A stretch of DNA of 64,000 nt from Squalus acanthias (Eukaryota), in contig CM059432.1 of NCBI GenBank assembly GCA_030390025.1, forward strand, positions 83,826,001 through 83,890,000, given 5' to 3'. Under the pieces are notes generated by a model. It searched no databases. It was not told the DNA's origin and saw only the letters and a list, made by a program, of their open reading frames with translations. The position numbers were made by a program, and so were the translations under genes. Each line of letters begins with the position of its first letter. The first letter of the stretch is position 1. This document shows positions 11,746 through 26,084 of this stretch, piece after piece.

Positions 11746-13574
11746 CTAAGATTTAGAACATAATTATTCTGAGTTAAAGATTCATTTGTTATTTATAGCA
11801 CATATTTCAACAACAACTATTCCAATATTTATTAAAGTAAAACAAAATCACTCAATGTAATTCTGTCACAAAACATAATGAAGAGAAAAGATCTATTTTT
11901 CCAACAACATGCTATTGGCAGAGCTAAGAGATCCACAACCAACGGATCAGATCAAAGCTCCTGCCACATCCAGTCGTGAATGGTGGTGGACTATTAAACA
12001 ACTAACGGGAGGAGGAGGCTCCATGAACATCCCCATCCTCAATGATGGCCGAGCCTAGCACGTGAGTGCAAAAGCCAAGGCTGAAGCGTTCGCAACCAAT
12101 TTCAGCCAGAAGTGCCGAGTGGATGATCCATCTCAGCCTCCTTCTGAAGTCCCCACCATCACAGAAGCCGGTCTTCAGCAAATTTGATTCTCTCCAGGTG
12201 ATATCAAGAAATGACTGAACACACTGGATACAGCAAAAGCTGTGGGCCTCGACAACATCCCGGCTGTAGTGCTGGAGACTTGTGCTCCAGAACTAGCCAC
12301 ACCTCTAGCCAAGCTGTTCCTGTACAGCTACAAAATTGGTCCCTACCCGACAATGGGGAAATTGCCCAGGTATGTCCTGTCCACAAAAATCAGGAGAAAT
12401 CCAATCCGACCAATTACTGCCCCATCAGTCTACTCTCAATCATCAGCAAAGTGATGGAAGGTGCCGTCGACAGTGCTATCAAGCGGCACTTACTCACCAA
12501 TAACCTGCTCACCGATGCTTAGTTTGGGTTCCACCAGGACCACTCAGCTCCAGACCTCATTACAGCCTTGGTGCAAACATGGACAAAAGAGCTGAATGAG
12601 ATGAGAGTGACTGCCCTTGACATCAAGGCAGTATTTGACCGAGTGTGGCATAAAGGAACCCGAGTAAAATTTAAGTCAATGGGAATCAGAGGGAAAACTT
12701 TCCACTGGCTGGTGTCATACCTAGCACAAAGGAAGATGGTTGCGGTTGCTGGAGGCCAATCATCACAGCCCCAGGACATCGCTGCAGGAGTTCCTCAGGG
12801 CAGTGTCCTAGGCCCAACCATCTTCAGCTGTTTCATCAATGACCATCCCTCCATCATAATATCAGAAGTGGGGATGTTTGCTGATGATTGCACAGTGTTG
12901 AGTTCCATTCGCAACTTCTCAGATAATGAAGCAGTCCATGCCCGAATACAACAAGACCTGGATGACATTCAGGCCTGTGCTGAGAAGTGCCAAGTAACAT
13001 TTGCACCTTACAAGTGCCAGGCATTGACTATATCCAACAGAAAGAATCTAGCCACCGCCCCTTCACATTCAATGACATTACTATCGCCGAATCCCCCACC
13101 ATCAACATCCTAGGAGTTACCACTGACCAGAAACTTAACAGGACCAGCCACATAAATACCGTGGCTAAAAGAGCAGGTCAGAGGCTGGGTATTCTGTGGC
13201 GAGTGTCTCACCTCCTGACTCCCCAAAGCTTTTCCACCATCTACAAGGTACAAGTCAGGAGTGTGATGGAATACTCTCCACTTGCCTGGATGAGTGCAGC
13301 TCCAACAACACTCAAGAAGCTCGACACCATCCATGACAAAGCAGCCCGCTTGATTGGCACCCCATCCACCACCTTGAACATTCACTCCCTCCACCACCGG
13401 CATACCGTGGCTGCAGTGTGTACCATCTACAAGATGCACTGCAGCAACTCGCCAAGGCTGCTTCGACAGCACCTCCCAAACCCACGACCTCTTCCACCTA
13501 GAAGGACAAGGGCAGCAGGTGCATGGGAACACCACCACCTCCAAGTTTCCTTCCAAGTTGCACACCATCCTGAC

Positions 13575-13899
13575 CACTGTTCCCTCTAAGGTGTGCGAGT
13601 GCGCGTGTGCACTGATCCTAAACTCGCACACAGTTGATTTGAAATGCCGTGCAGTGAGCTGGACAGTAGCTGGGGTGGGGGAGGGGCCCAATATACAATG
13701 GCCCCGGGAATCCAGACAGACTCATTGGCGAGTCTTGCGACCTCAGAGCCGATCCCAATTGCAGCTCTTGAAGTGTGTGTTCCAATGGTTGATGGGGGGT
13801 AGAGAGAGAAAAAGACTGGGGGGGCGGGGGAGAGAGAGAGAGAGAGACTGGGGGGGAGAGAGAGACTGGGGGGGAGAGAGAGAGAGAGAGAGAGACGGG

Positions 13900-13931
<32 letters not shown>

Positions 13932-16695
13932 GGGGAAAGAGACTGGGAGAGAGAAATTGGGGGGAGAGAGAAATTGGGGGGAGAGAGAGAGAGACTGGGG
14001 GGGAGAGAGAGAAAGAGACTGGGGGGGAGAGAGAGAGAGACGGGGGGGAGAGAGAGAGAGAGAGACTGGGGGAGAGAGAGACTGGGGGAGAGAGAGAGAG
14101 AGAGACTGGGGGAGAGAGAGAGAGAGAGAGATAGAGACTGGGGAGAGAGAGACTGGGGGAGAGAGAGAGAGAGACTGGGGAGAGAGACTGGGAGAGAGAG
14201 ATTGGGGGCAGAGAGAGAAAGAGAGACTGGGGAGAGAGAGAAAGAGAGAGAGAGACTGGGGGAGAGAGAGAGAGAGACGGTGAGAGAGAGAGAGAGAAAG
14301 AGAGACTGGGGAGAGAGAGAAGGACGGGGAGAGAGAGAGGGACGGAGAGAGAGAGAGAGGGACATAGAGAGAGAGAGAGAAGGATGGAGAGAGAGAGAGA
14401 GAAGGATGGAGAGAGGGAGGGGGATGGAGAGAGGGAGGGGGATGGAGACAGGGAGGGGGACGGAGAGAGAGGGGGACGGAGAGAGAGAGGGGGATGGAGA
14501 GAGAGAGAGAGGGATGGAGAGAGGGACGGGGAGGGGGATGGAGGAAGAGAATGGGACGGAGGGGGGGGATGGAGGGAGAGACAGAGAGGGGGACAGAGGG
14601 ATGGAGAGAGGGGGAGAGAGAGAGAGAGAGGGAATCGGAGGGAGAGAGAGAGAGAGATAGAGAGAGAGAGGGAGTCGGAGGGAGAGAGAGAGGGGGACAG
14701 AGAGAGGGGTGAGGGTCCAGACGTGTGTAGTCCGTCTCCGGTTACTGAGTGGTGGCCACACTTTGGAACAACACAGGTAGAGGCGCAGCACATGTACAAT
14801 GGCTGCTGAAAGGAGGTTAAAGCAAACAAGTTTTAGGCCCCTGGTGAAACAAAAATGAGAATTAAAAAAAAAAATTCACAAAATTGTTTAAAGCCGGAAA
14901 AAAACAGGGCGCTAAGTCAAGGGGAGATGGCATGTGGGGAAAACCAAAATCGGCCGATTTACTTGTTGAAGCCCGTTGCGTCATTGAACGCGGGGTCCGT
15001 GCCGTGATCTGGCAGCCCGGCACTCCTCTTGTGTGCCGGGCTGCTGGCACGGCACCCCGCTCCCTGGTGGTCCAGGTCGGGCCCCGCAGAGCTGTGGGCT
15101 TGGGCCCTCCCCTTTAATGAGGGGAAGAGCCCTTCTATGCATCAGCGCTACGTGGCCCAGTGCGAAGCGCTGCAGAATGCACCGCCCCGATATTCGGGGT
15201 TAGCGCTCTAAGAAGGAAGTGGAGCGCTTGAATTAGCGCTCCACCTCCCTCTTGGGGTGCTAAAACTGAATTTCGTGGTTGCCGGCGCTAAAATTAGCGC
15301 CCAGGCGATGTTAGCACCCCAAAATGGTCGATACTGAATTTTAATGTACAATTTTGATTTGGTATAAATGTTTGAAATAGGAGATTAAAAATTGAGAGTA
15401 CAATGAAGTTTGTTACCCAATATTTAATTGGGAAGTACCGAAAATAATTAAATATTTTTTGTGATAAGAGCAGGGATTAATATTGTGGAGAATGTTTGAG
15501 AGAAAAACATTAGAAGCGAAATTTGTAAATTAACATCTTTACATCAACATATTAGTAAACATTTCCAAGTCATCCTGATTGGTTGTCCTGTCCAGGTGGT
15601 TCTCCTGTCCAGGAAGAAAGATGAATGTTTATTTCTGTTAAATCATAGCTTTTCTGCTTTTTGTTAATTCGGTGACGCAAATTGTGTATGTGTTTTTCTG
15701 CACTTGTGAATAAGTGCTGCATTTCTGACATGTTACATGGGGGGTGTGCTGGTTCAAGAAGACAACGTTTATTAATGGAAGTGATTGAAGTTGGAAATAC
15801 AGATACCCGTTTTTGTTCAATTCTTTTTAATACTATGAACTAAAGAACTACAGCTCTTTATTGGTTGTCTGGTTGCATTGTGATTAATATTCTAATTACT
15901 TAGTGGATGTACAGCACGTCCGCGCCATAGGAAAGCCGCTGCTCCTGCTGCTTGTGCAGCCACTGCTATAGTGACATGAGGGATGGGCTTATATGTTGAA
16001 AACTTTAAAATGAATACAAATTGCATGAATAGATATGCCTCTTTCAGCTCACCTTGGGCATTTGGATTGTTTGTCGATGCACAACCGTGTAACTGAGTGA
16101 CGTTTCTGAACTGTTAATGCATTATTATGCAGTTCTTTTATATCCCACTCATTTCTGATAAGTAATTTTTTATTAAATAGAGTTTGTACATGATGAACTA
16201 AAAGCTTTTAATTAATTCTACCGTAAACAAACTTGCAGAATGGGCATGTAAATGACAAATGAATTTCAATATAGGTAAGTGTAAGGTGGTGCATTTTGGT
16301 GGGAGGAATAAGGAGGCGACCTACTCCTTGGAAAATAAGAGTCAAAATGGGGTAGAGGTGCAAAGGGATCTTGGGGTATAGATTCACAAATCATTAAAAG
16401 TAGCAATGTAGGTTAAAAAAGCCATAAAAGTGCAAATAAAGCACTGGTGTACATTTCTAGAGGAATAGAATTCAAAAGCAGAGAAGTTATGTTAAACTTG
16501 TATAGAACCTTGTCTGATTGTCTCATGATTTGAGACGGTGTGTGGCAATATGGCATTACTGTATATATGCTTTTAAGTGGTTGCTGTTGTTGTTGAAAAG
16601 TTGTTGTTGTTTTAAAATTTGCTCACGGACGAAAAGGTCGCGCTCAAAGGAGTTCGTGGCCCGCTCAGTACAAAAAAAAATTAGAGGGAACATTG
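13575..16695. mobile_element. Non-autonomous hAT DNA transposon (3.1 kb) with cargo
   Basis: 15-bp TIR CACTGTTCCCTCTAA / TTAGAGGGAACATTG (1 mismatch); perfect 8-bp TSD ATCCTGAC at 13567-13574 and 16696-16703; no transposase ORF. Confidence 0.92.
13795..14710. repeat. Compound GA-rich microsatellite/minisatellite (GAGAGACTGGGG and GGGATGGAGA units)
   Basis: About 900 bp that is almost purine-only on the + strand. Confidence 0.95.
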
Positions 16696-17761
16696 ATCCT
16701 GACTTGGAAATATATCGCCGTTCCTTCATTGTCACTGGGTCAAAATCCTGGAACTCCCTCTCTGACAGCACAGTGGGAGTACCTTCACCACACAGACTGC
16801 AGCGGTTCAAGAAGGCGGCTCACCACCACCTTCTCAAGGTCAATTAGGGATGGGCAATAAATGCTGGCCTTGCCAGCGACACCCACATTCCATGAACAAA
16901 TAAAAAAAAACTGGTATATCTAACCATTATATAAAAGCCATACAAGTTAAAATAATGGTTCCAAAATGTTTAATATAGTTTTTTAAATGTATATTTTGAC
17001 TCTCTTTTTCTTCCCCATGAGTGGCACAAATCCACATTCAGGCAGAAGGATAGAACAACATGGATCACATACATCTCCATGGTTACCCAATGAACTGCCG
17101 ATTGAATCAAGCCTCTTGTTGGTTACTTTTGTAACTTGTCAACTGGAGACATAAATCAAGCAGGGTAGTGGGGAAATTGAGTTCTGCTGGATTTTTTAAA
17201 ACATTTTCTGACATGTAAACATCTAATCTCACTAGTGTGCTTCAAATACCAGTCTACCTGAGAACTAATGGATTTCAAGCAAGGTATATGAACTTGACCA
17301 AGAGGCAACCTTCAGACTCAAAGTCACAACCTAATGGTTGGAATTGTTTAATTTAAAAAAATGGCATAGAATATTATGCCAATTGGTTGTAAAATGCAGA
17401 TACTTTTGTTCAACACAAACATCATTTCATTCGGTAAGTCTATGCAGAGGAACTGAATAATCAGATCAAGATTAAGAACCACATATATGAGTTTATATTT
17501 TTTGCAACTGGTAAAGATTTGAATATTCTAACACTGACAGACTAAGAAAAGAAACAAGATGGCATTTTATTCCAAAACTGAGATAAATTAAATGAATAAA
17601 ATACTGAATTTGAGTTTTCACTTTTAAAATTCTATCTATACATCATTACTTTTACTAGATAGTAGGGATCATAACTATCAATCCAATATTTAACCAAAAC
17701 TGTGTTCACAAATGTTACTTATTAAATTATTTAATTTCTTGCAAGTTAACCAACTACTTCA

Positions 17762-18019
<258 letters not shown>

Positions 18020-18060
18020 TTATCTAAGAAGTAGATTTTATTGTTTAGGGATTAACATAC

Positions 18061-18119
18061 CTCAAATCCTGCCCATTATCATCTGATGATACATCATCAA
18101 TGTGAACTTGATCACATTC
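18061..18119 (-). CDS. EYA1: Eyes absent homolog 1 coding exon (59 nt; [20 protein letters not shown])
   Basis: Minus strand reads ctttacag|GAA TGT GAT CAA GTT CAC...GAT TTG AG|gtatgt. The peptide is the conserved Eya-domain segment; the exon starts in phase 0 and ends in phase 2. Confidence 0.95.
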
Positions 18120-20764
18120 CTGTAAAGAATTAAGGATGTTAGTAAGATAATTGTAATATAGGATTGAAATTAAATTCTGGTTGAAGCAACTTTGTAAACA
18201 ATGGGGAATTTGTACATATGGCTGAATTTCTGTCCAACTATTTTAATTCTTTGCTTTATTAAAATATGCTTGTAAAATCCAAATGAAAATATTTACTGAT
18301 TTTTTTTATTCATACATACATAGCATGTGAACAAAAATCAACATGGCTGTTATGGTGCAATTTTTAAACAAACAAGCATTAAATAATCTGTACTCCAGGA
18401 GAATAAGAGTAATCAGTAGATGGCAGCTTTATAAAACTACCATTTTATTTGCTTTGCTGCAAAAAAAATGATTCACCAAAGCATCACTTGGGATAGACGA
18501 CAGCAAAGTTAATGGAAACTTTTTTAATATTCATTAGTGTCATACTCTTCTACTAGCAGGTACTTGCTTTTGAGTGTTATGCAAACACAGAAGAGAATCC
18601 TAAAGGAACGAAAGATGATAATATAGAAAGGTATTAGTTACTTCTTTGAGGACTATAAAAGCATGTATAAATTATGTTCAAACATAAATTAAATCTATAA
18701 TTCTCAATTTTCTCTCACAGGTACTAAAAACCCACTTACGTTCTTGTGCCCCAGATTTTATTCTGATCACGTGGCAATATCTGACAAGTTTTTAACAGAA
18801 TTTCCTTTCAGACAAAAATAATAGAAAACATGATTTTAAAAAACAAAATCATCTTCAAACGATTAAGTAAGAAAATACGTGAGAACTGAAAGAAGACAAA
18901 TGGAAAGTTACTCTCTCTGGGTTACTTTGCTAACTTGAAATTATATTTGCAAGTATGTTTTGAACTGATGATCTTAGTTATGCCATTATGATATCTTAAA
19001 ATCCCTTTTCCTATATTTTAAAGAGACCAAAACAGTTGCAAATGAAATCCCTTACTTTCCATTTCACTGTTAGGATTTGAATTTAAATATCATGTTTAGC
19101 TAAGTTGTTTCAGTCAATTTTCAGAGTAACAAAGCACAGACTTAATGTTGTTGGATACTGCACGATAGAAAAATTGAACCTGATGCAAACTGCCAATGAA
19201 ATTAGGACCCCTGATTGCTGTTGAGCCACACACCAGCATTGCCTCAGGCCTGCATTTAGAAGGCAAGTAGACAAAAATCTGCAACTAGTTTGCCATAGAC
19301 GTTCTATTTTCATGTCTTGTTAAATTGTATACAGCAAAAGAGTTTAACACGGGGCACTGCTAATAAAGCATGCTAGACCCTCTCTACAAGGCTGTCTTTG
19401 GGAATCATACAAAATATGTGTTATAATGAGGGGCCCATTACAGGGCTGACATTTTATATGGTTTTTCTATTACAGAGAAAGAGAGAGGGAGGGAGAGAAA
19501 GACAGAAACGTATCAGAAGTTATGGTATATCTGACAATGCTACAGTGAATCTTTTGTTTTACAGTGGAAAGTGCTGCTTTAGTTGGGCAGAAAATAATTT
19601 GTAAACCTCTCTGAATATGCTAAATAAAACTGTTCACTCTTGAACATTTTCATTTTACCGGATTTCTTCAGCACACATTTTTCATCTCCCTGGATTTGTG
19701 GGTAAGGGAGGGAGAGGAGTGCAGAGAAACTAAAACCAGCTGTTCCTTAACAGAATTAAAATCCTGACCCTCAACCTCTGTTCTAATACATCTATTCTGC
19801 AATCAAACCTCTCCCAGCAAGCAGTGAGGGCCAAGGAGGAAAAGACTTTGACCCTGTAACCTTCTCCTTCTTCCTAGAGGTCAACAACTTCAGATAAGCG
19901 AGAAAGAAAGTCAATGTGGCCTCACAGGAGGGCTGTGAATTTAACATTTTAAAACATAAGCCACCAGTTGAAGACATGGTTCAGGAACTTTTTAAGTTGT
20001 TTGTTTAATCTGTTTCAAGACAACTCATGAAAACCCCTCTAATATGATGGTTTTGCCAATTTGTCATGGGCAGAGCTGATTCAATGGTACAGCATTTGAG
20101 AGACTTGTGATATGCAGGCACTTCCAAATATATTTGTTAGAAACAATTTTGGCAGAGAAAAAAGAATGAAAACCATGGCTGCGGGAGGGATAGGCACATT
20201 CAGTTGTTCCCAAACTACCACACAGGGCTATAATCCTTTTAATCAGAGTAGGAGTGCTTGTGTGCACAAACAGAAGCAAAACCTGAAATTATACAGTTAA
20301 CATCATTAGAGACAAAAGCCCTTCACCAGGAGCTATTTAGTGGAACTGCCAGTACCCAATTAGCTACTAATTGCCTGTTAATGAATCTATTATGGCTATT
20401 CTTCTTCAACATCCTGTGTTTGTTTTCTCCCGCTTGCTTTGTTTGGGTTGTCAGCCACAAGTGGGAGCAACTGTTTGCAGCATTGTTCAGAAAGCAAGCC
20501 TTCTATAATTATGTGACGCCAATTGTCACTCTTCTTACCTACGTAAAACATTCAACAGATGTGTCAAGTATTGTGGTAGAGATTAAATATGGTAGCTTTA
20601 ATGATCAGTGATTGCAGATGGTGTGGTTACAGTTTACAACTGTAATGTTTCTTTGTCCCTTACTTGGAATGTTTAATTGCCATCCCTGTCAGGTGAAAAA
20701 AGTGTTTCGCCTTCAGGGGGCTATATTATCTTACTTGTCCAAAGTTGCAAGAAAAGCACATCTT

Positions 20765-21340
20765 AATTTCATAGAAATTACAGAGGTTTATAGCACAGAA
20801 GGAGACCATTTGGCCCACTCTGTCTGTGCTGGCTCTATGCTAGTGCATTCCAAAACAAATATAACTGCCCGTGTTCTCCCCATAACCCTTTATCATCCTC
20901 TGCTTCAAATATTCAACACTTTCCCCTTAAAAGATACAATGGTCTCTGCCTCAACCACAGCCTGTGGCAAAGCATTCCATGCTCCAACAACCCTCTGAGT
21001 AAATACATGCCTTCTAACCTCTCTCCTCACTCTTAAAGTGACAATTTTTAAATTAATGACTCTTCCTCACTAACTCCCCAAATAGAGGAAATAGTCTTTC
21101 CTTATTCACTCTATCAAAACCCTTCATAATTTTGAAAAATCTCTATTAAAACTCTTCTTGGCCGTCATTGCTCCTGTAGAAATAGTCCCAGTATCTCAAG
21201 TCTGTCCTCTAAACTATAGTTATCCCTGTACCCTCTCTGTAAGGTATTAATGACTTTCTATAATGGGGTGCCCAAAACTGCACACCGTACTCTGATACAA
21301 ACTGTATCCTAACCAATATTTGGTACAAATTTATCATTAA
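20765..21340 (-). mobile_element. Decayed CR1 3' fragment
   Basis: catagaaattacagaggtttatagcacagaaggagaccatttggccc tail followed by reverse-strand RT C-terminal remnants. Confidence 0.7.
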
Positions 21341-21904
21341 GGGGGGAATTTTTCAGGGGGTCAGCGGGCGCAATCGGTGGCGGGTTGGGTGGGAAAATGT
21401 TTTTTTTTTGACAGCGAGTCGGGACCCCGCTGTCAACCCGCTGTCACATGTTACAACCTATTCCAAAAGTTTATTTTATCCAAATGTGTTGGTGCTGATT
21501 TATTAGCTTCCTTGTTAATTTTGCAGAGCATCCCTGTTACTACTTGAACATAATTCCCTACAACCCCTATCTCAAATTCTCCATTTCTCCGATTGCCCCC
21601 TCCTTCCCTTGACCTTCCATTGGCGGTCATGCCATTAGCCGCTAGGCTTCATTCTCTGAAATTCTTTATCTAAACCTCTATACCTCCCTCTCCTTCTGTA
21701 AGATCTTCCTTTAAACCCACCTCTTTGACCAAGCTTTTGGTCACCCTTCCTAATATTTCCTTCTTTGGCTTGGTGTGTGTGTGTGGGGTGGGGGTGGGGG
21801 CAAAAAGTGGGAAAAATGGGGGTTTTGATCATAAGTCCAACTATCAGGGTGAAAATTAAAATATTTTTGATGCAGTATTTGTAGAGTGTCTTTGCTTTAG
21901 TCTG

Positions 21905-22620
21905 CCTGCTTAGGTGGACGTGAAAGCTCTCTTGGAACTATGTGAAGAAGAGCAGGGGAGTTTTCTTGGACAACATTTATCCCTGAATCAACACCACTAA
22001 AAGAAGAGATTATCATTTATCTCTGTTTGTTGGACCTTGCTGTGCGCAAATTGGATGCCGTGCTTGCCTACATTACAACAGTGACTGCACTGCAAAAGTT
22101 CTTAATTGGCTGTGACGCGCTTTGGGATGTCCTGAGGATGTGACAGGCACTATATAAATGCAAGTTTTCTTTTGGACTTGGGTCAAAAAAATATTTGTGT
22201 TCACTGACATTCCACTCCAGGATTTGAGCACATAATGTAGGCTAACACTTCAGTACAGTACTGAGCAGCTGCTGCATTGTCAGTGGTTTTATCTTTTGGA
22301 TGAAATGCTAAACCAAAGCTTCTGTTCGCCCGTTCGGCTGGACACAGAAATGCTCATAGCACTATTTGAAGAAGAGCAGGGACTTCTCTCAGTGTCTTAA
22401 CCAACATTTTTACCTCAGTCAACATCACTAAAACAGATTAAATGACCATTCCTCTCATTTCCTGTTTCTGGGACCCTGATGTGTACAAATTGGCTGTCGT
22501 GCTTGTTTACATAACAGCAGTGAATGCACTTCAAAAGTAATTAATTGGTTGTGAAGTTCTTTGGGATGTCCTGAGGATGTGATGAGGTGCTATACAAGTG
22601 CAAGTTCATTTTTTCTTTCT
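21905..22620 (+). mobile_element. Two tandem partial Deu-domain SINEs (SacSINE1-like)
   Basis: gaagaagagcagggg core and tail ctttgggatgtcctgagg...ctatataaatgcaag, present twice. Confidence 0.8.
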
Positions 22621-22919
22621 TCCTGTATGCCAAAAATATGCTGTAACTCCAGTCTTAAAAGAGTAATTGAGAACTCGCTACTGTGCCAGTGAGAGATTTT
22701 CCTTATCCTACACATATTATTATGGGTTCTCTGAGAGAAAGGGCCAATTTATTACTAACTTGTGCTAATTAGGTATAATTCTGTGTTGTAGTCCCATACC
22801 CACTAGAACATAGTTGACAATATCCAAACGCATTTCATTGATGATGTGTACAGGTAGCAGAAAAGGGAGACTTTCACTGCATCACTTTCTACTTAATCTG
22901 GCCTCCATTATAGAAAGAA

Positions 22920-23372
22920 GGAAAGAAAGATTTGCATTTATGTAGCATCTTTCAAGACCACCAGATGTCTCAAAGCACTTTACAGCCAATGAAGTACTTT
23001 TTGAAGTGTAGTCACTGTTGTAATGTAGGAAAAGCGGCAGCCAATTTGCGCACAGCAAGCTCCCACAAGCAGCAATGTAATAATGACTAGATAATCTGTT
23101 TTAATTATGTTGGTTGAGGGATAAATATTGGCCAGGACACTGGGGATAACTCCCCTGCTCCTCTTCGATATAGTGCCATGGGATCTTTTAAGTCCACTTG
23201 AGAGGGCAGACGGGGCCTCGGTTTAACATCTCATCTCCGAAAGGGCAGCACTCCCCTCAGTACTGCAGTGGAGTGTCAGCCTAGATTTTTGTGCTCAAGT
23301 CTCTGGTGTGGGACTTAAACCAACAACCTTCTGACTCCGAGACGAGGGTGCTACCAACTGAGCCACAGCTGA
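22920..23372 (-). mobile_element. tRNA-derived Deu-domain SINE (SacSINE1-like), full length
   Basis: Reverse strand has tRNA-like head gtggctcagttggtagcac, core aaagatcccatggcactat and an L2-like tail. Confidence 0.85.
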
Positions 23373-23772
23373 TTACTTGACTAAAACTGCATGAACTGAT
23401 TTGTTGAACATCAAAATGTTAAAGCTGACAGAAATACTTGATCAATTTTAATTGCAGCCATTCTAAAAGTTCAGCGTTATTCATCTGTAAAGGTATTTTT
23501 ATTTTAAGCTTTTGCATTAAAAATGGGTAATTTGGAAGAGTGACATATTTTGGTAACGTACTGCTGTATCAATATACAGTTTTAATAAAAGTATTTTTAG
23601 CTAGCAGTTATGTCATAATTATTGTTCCATTGAAAACTTACTGCCTGTTCATGTCTCACTTGTTCAAACTGTAAAATTAAACATCCACATTTGCCATTTG
23701 GTGTATGATGCAATCATACAATAATTAACAGCTAAACCTCAAAAATACATATCACTCAACAAAATTAACTAT

Positions 23773-24311
23773 GGGGGTATTTTTAACATAACCTGCCTGG
23801 CAGGAAACGGACAGGATCAGACTGGCTGCCCGTTTTACATTCTGCACCTTTCTACTTTCCATTGAAATCCAATGGGTTAAATTAAAATGACCCCTATATT
23901 TTAAAGGACGATTTTAACCCTGTCTGTCGGCCCCAATTTTAACTCCAGGTGGATTCTCCGCTCAGGCCTGAGTTAAAATTACAGTCGGATCTCAATGATG
24001 TCATCAGGCTGCAACACGCATATGTAAAGAAGGACCCTGTTGGCTCTGGGCGCATGTCCTTGCTGACTGCTCAGGAGAGCAGGTTAAAATTGCAGATGTT
24101 GCGATCATGGCGGCTTTCGGACAGGTAAGCGCCAATGTTCCCTGTGATTTTTTTTAAATACCGTGCATGCGCATTCTATTGAAAAGCCAGTTGTGCAGGA
24201 CCCTTGGAGTGCTGCGGAGCCATGCAGCTTACAGGGAACATTGGTAAGAGCCAGGGTGATTTTAACTGCCCACTCGCCAGGTTTCTGCAAGTAGGGCTAA
24301 AATCGCCCCCT
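23773..24311. mobile_element. Two adjacent Harbinger-type MITEs (23773-23894 with TAT TSD; ~23905-24311)
   Basis: ggggtatttttaa/ttaaaatgacccc flanked by TAT; ggacgattttaa/ctaaaatcgcccc. Confidence 0.65.
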
Positions 24312-25589
24312 CTAAAGTAACAAAAAAAATATATATTCGTTATAAAGGTAAACTTAAAATTAAAAACGATAAATAAGGGAGGGAATGGGCAAAATAGAAG
24401 ATAAGCCAAGCAAAACTAAAATATTTGAAATTAAAAAAAAGTTTTACTGTAATGTATTTTGGATATGTCAGGCTAATATTACAGCAATAAAACTATCCTG
24501 ACATCTCAGTAGCTTGATTACTGTAATTTTATTTTAGTGTTACAGTGAATGAGCTAAAATGATCACAAAATAGCTGTAGCAGGGAAGTTTTTAATTCCTA
24601 GAAGCTGCTAGTAGTTGAAAGGTTACATTTTCTAATGAGATGAATAATGATTGGAAATCTGTTTTTCGATAAAAGACCAGACATAAACACAATAAGATGG
24701 GCAAGTTCTGGTGCTTCAATTTGATTTCACCAACCTTACTGATGTAATTTATGGCCTATTAAAATGCATAATTCCCCCTCACACACACAATAATGTTATT
24801 TAGAAAGTTTTTTTTACTCTGTTGATATACATGCAATTCAATGTGGTGTTCACATTACAATTTGTATTGCAAAAACTTAATTGCACTGCTCTCTGAAATT
24901 CTGGATTTCAGGGTTGTACATGAAGGTAATATCATTACGAGGCAGCTTTGTTGTCAGTTATCCTGCTTTCATGTTAACTCTTCACTTTACTTACACCTAA
25001 CTGTGTCTGCTTGTGATGGAGTGAATGTGTGTGTTTGGAATTGTGATTCAATGTCAGAGTACCAGCAGTAACAGATAAAGTCATGATTCGGATTTTCTTT
25101 CCTTTCCCTGAAGTCTGTTGACAATCACATTGCTGGACTGTATGAGTAGACTGAGCACGGAGACTTGTTATTTGTAAATGTTATTTACATTTGTACAATA
25201 GACCTGCTGCTGCCAGATGCACAGGGAAAAAAGCACCTCTTGAGAGATGGCATTCTGTGCTGGTGGCAGCATTGTTGCCTCATGCACTGCTGCCAAAGCC
25301 AAGGCTTCCACTTTTGGCAGTTCTATAATGAAAATGCATCATAAAATTTAGTTGGTAACATTGATAACAATCCTGTGAAGCACCTTGGGACGTTTTGCTA
25401 CATTAAAAGTGCTATATAAATGCAAGTTGTGGTTATACTTGCTTCTGAGTCTGAAGATTGTAGGTTCACCACTCCAGGAGCTGAACACAGAGGGGGATTT
25501 TTAACTGTGACAGGGTTTCAAGGGGGTGGGTGGGTGGGGGGGGGGGTGGCGGTGGTGGTGGTGGTGGTGGTGGTGAGAGGAGTGTCCAC

Positions 25590-25751
25590 CAATGTATCCC
25601 CTAATTTTTTTTTGGTTGCGCAGTCCCTTTAATGGCTGCGCGGCCCATTCAAAATTATGCGCATGCGCAAAATTCCCATTCAAAAGCCTGTAAGCAGCCT
25701 ACGCGGGACCTCCAGACAGCTGCGCGACCGCACAGCTTAGCGGGAGCGTTG
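25590..25751. mobile_element. 162-bp hAT MITE, same TIR family as 13575-16695
   Basis: Degenerate TIR caatgtatcccctaa / ttagcgggagcgttg; perfect 8-bp TSD GTGTCCAC at 25582-25589 and 25752-25759. Confidence 0.85.
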
Positions 25752-26084
25752 GTGTCCACCGCCTCCCCCTTCAATGGTATCAATTTGATGCCAGGGATAC
25801 CTTAACCCCTAGGCCACAATTGCATTCCGCCAGCCAGCTGTCCTCCTAAAATGGAGGCAAACAACAACAACTTGTATTAAAGAGGCAATTGGCCAGTGGC
25901 TGGCTGTTTAAAATTGCACAGCCCAGAGGCTGACTGCTGGCTGGAAGGCAAGTAGTGGGTAGAGGGTTTTTGCATGGTCTAGCGGGTGGGTAGGGTTGGG
26001 GAACCTGGGGCATCAGAGGCTGAGACTTTCATTGTGGGGCTTGCTCCACTTGGAACCCACAACAGAAAGTTTAACACTTACCTT

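Larger units (their letters stand above)
11895..16910 (+). mobile_element. 5'-truncated CR1/L2-group LINE (distinct family), interrupted near its 3' end by a hAT element
   Basis: RT motifs [38 protein letters not shown] in 12211-13574; the sequence resumes at 16704 and ends in aataaa and poly-A at 16910. Confidence 0.88.

Noticed and set aside
13519..14829. Long ORFs of 228-403 aa (ERER.. / SLSL..)
   Set aside because: Artefacts of the GA microsatellite, which lacks stop codons.
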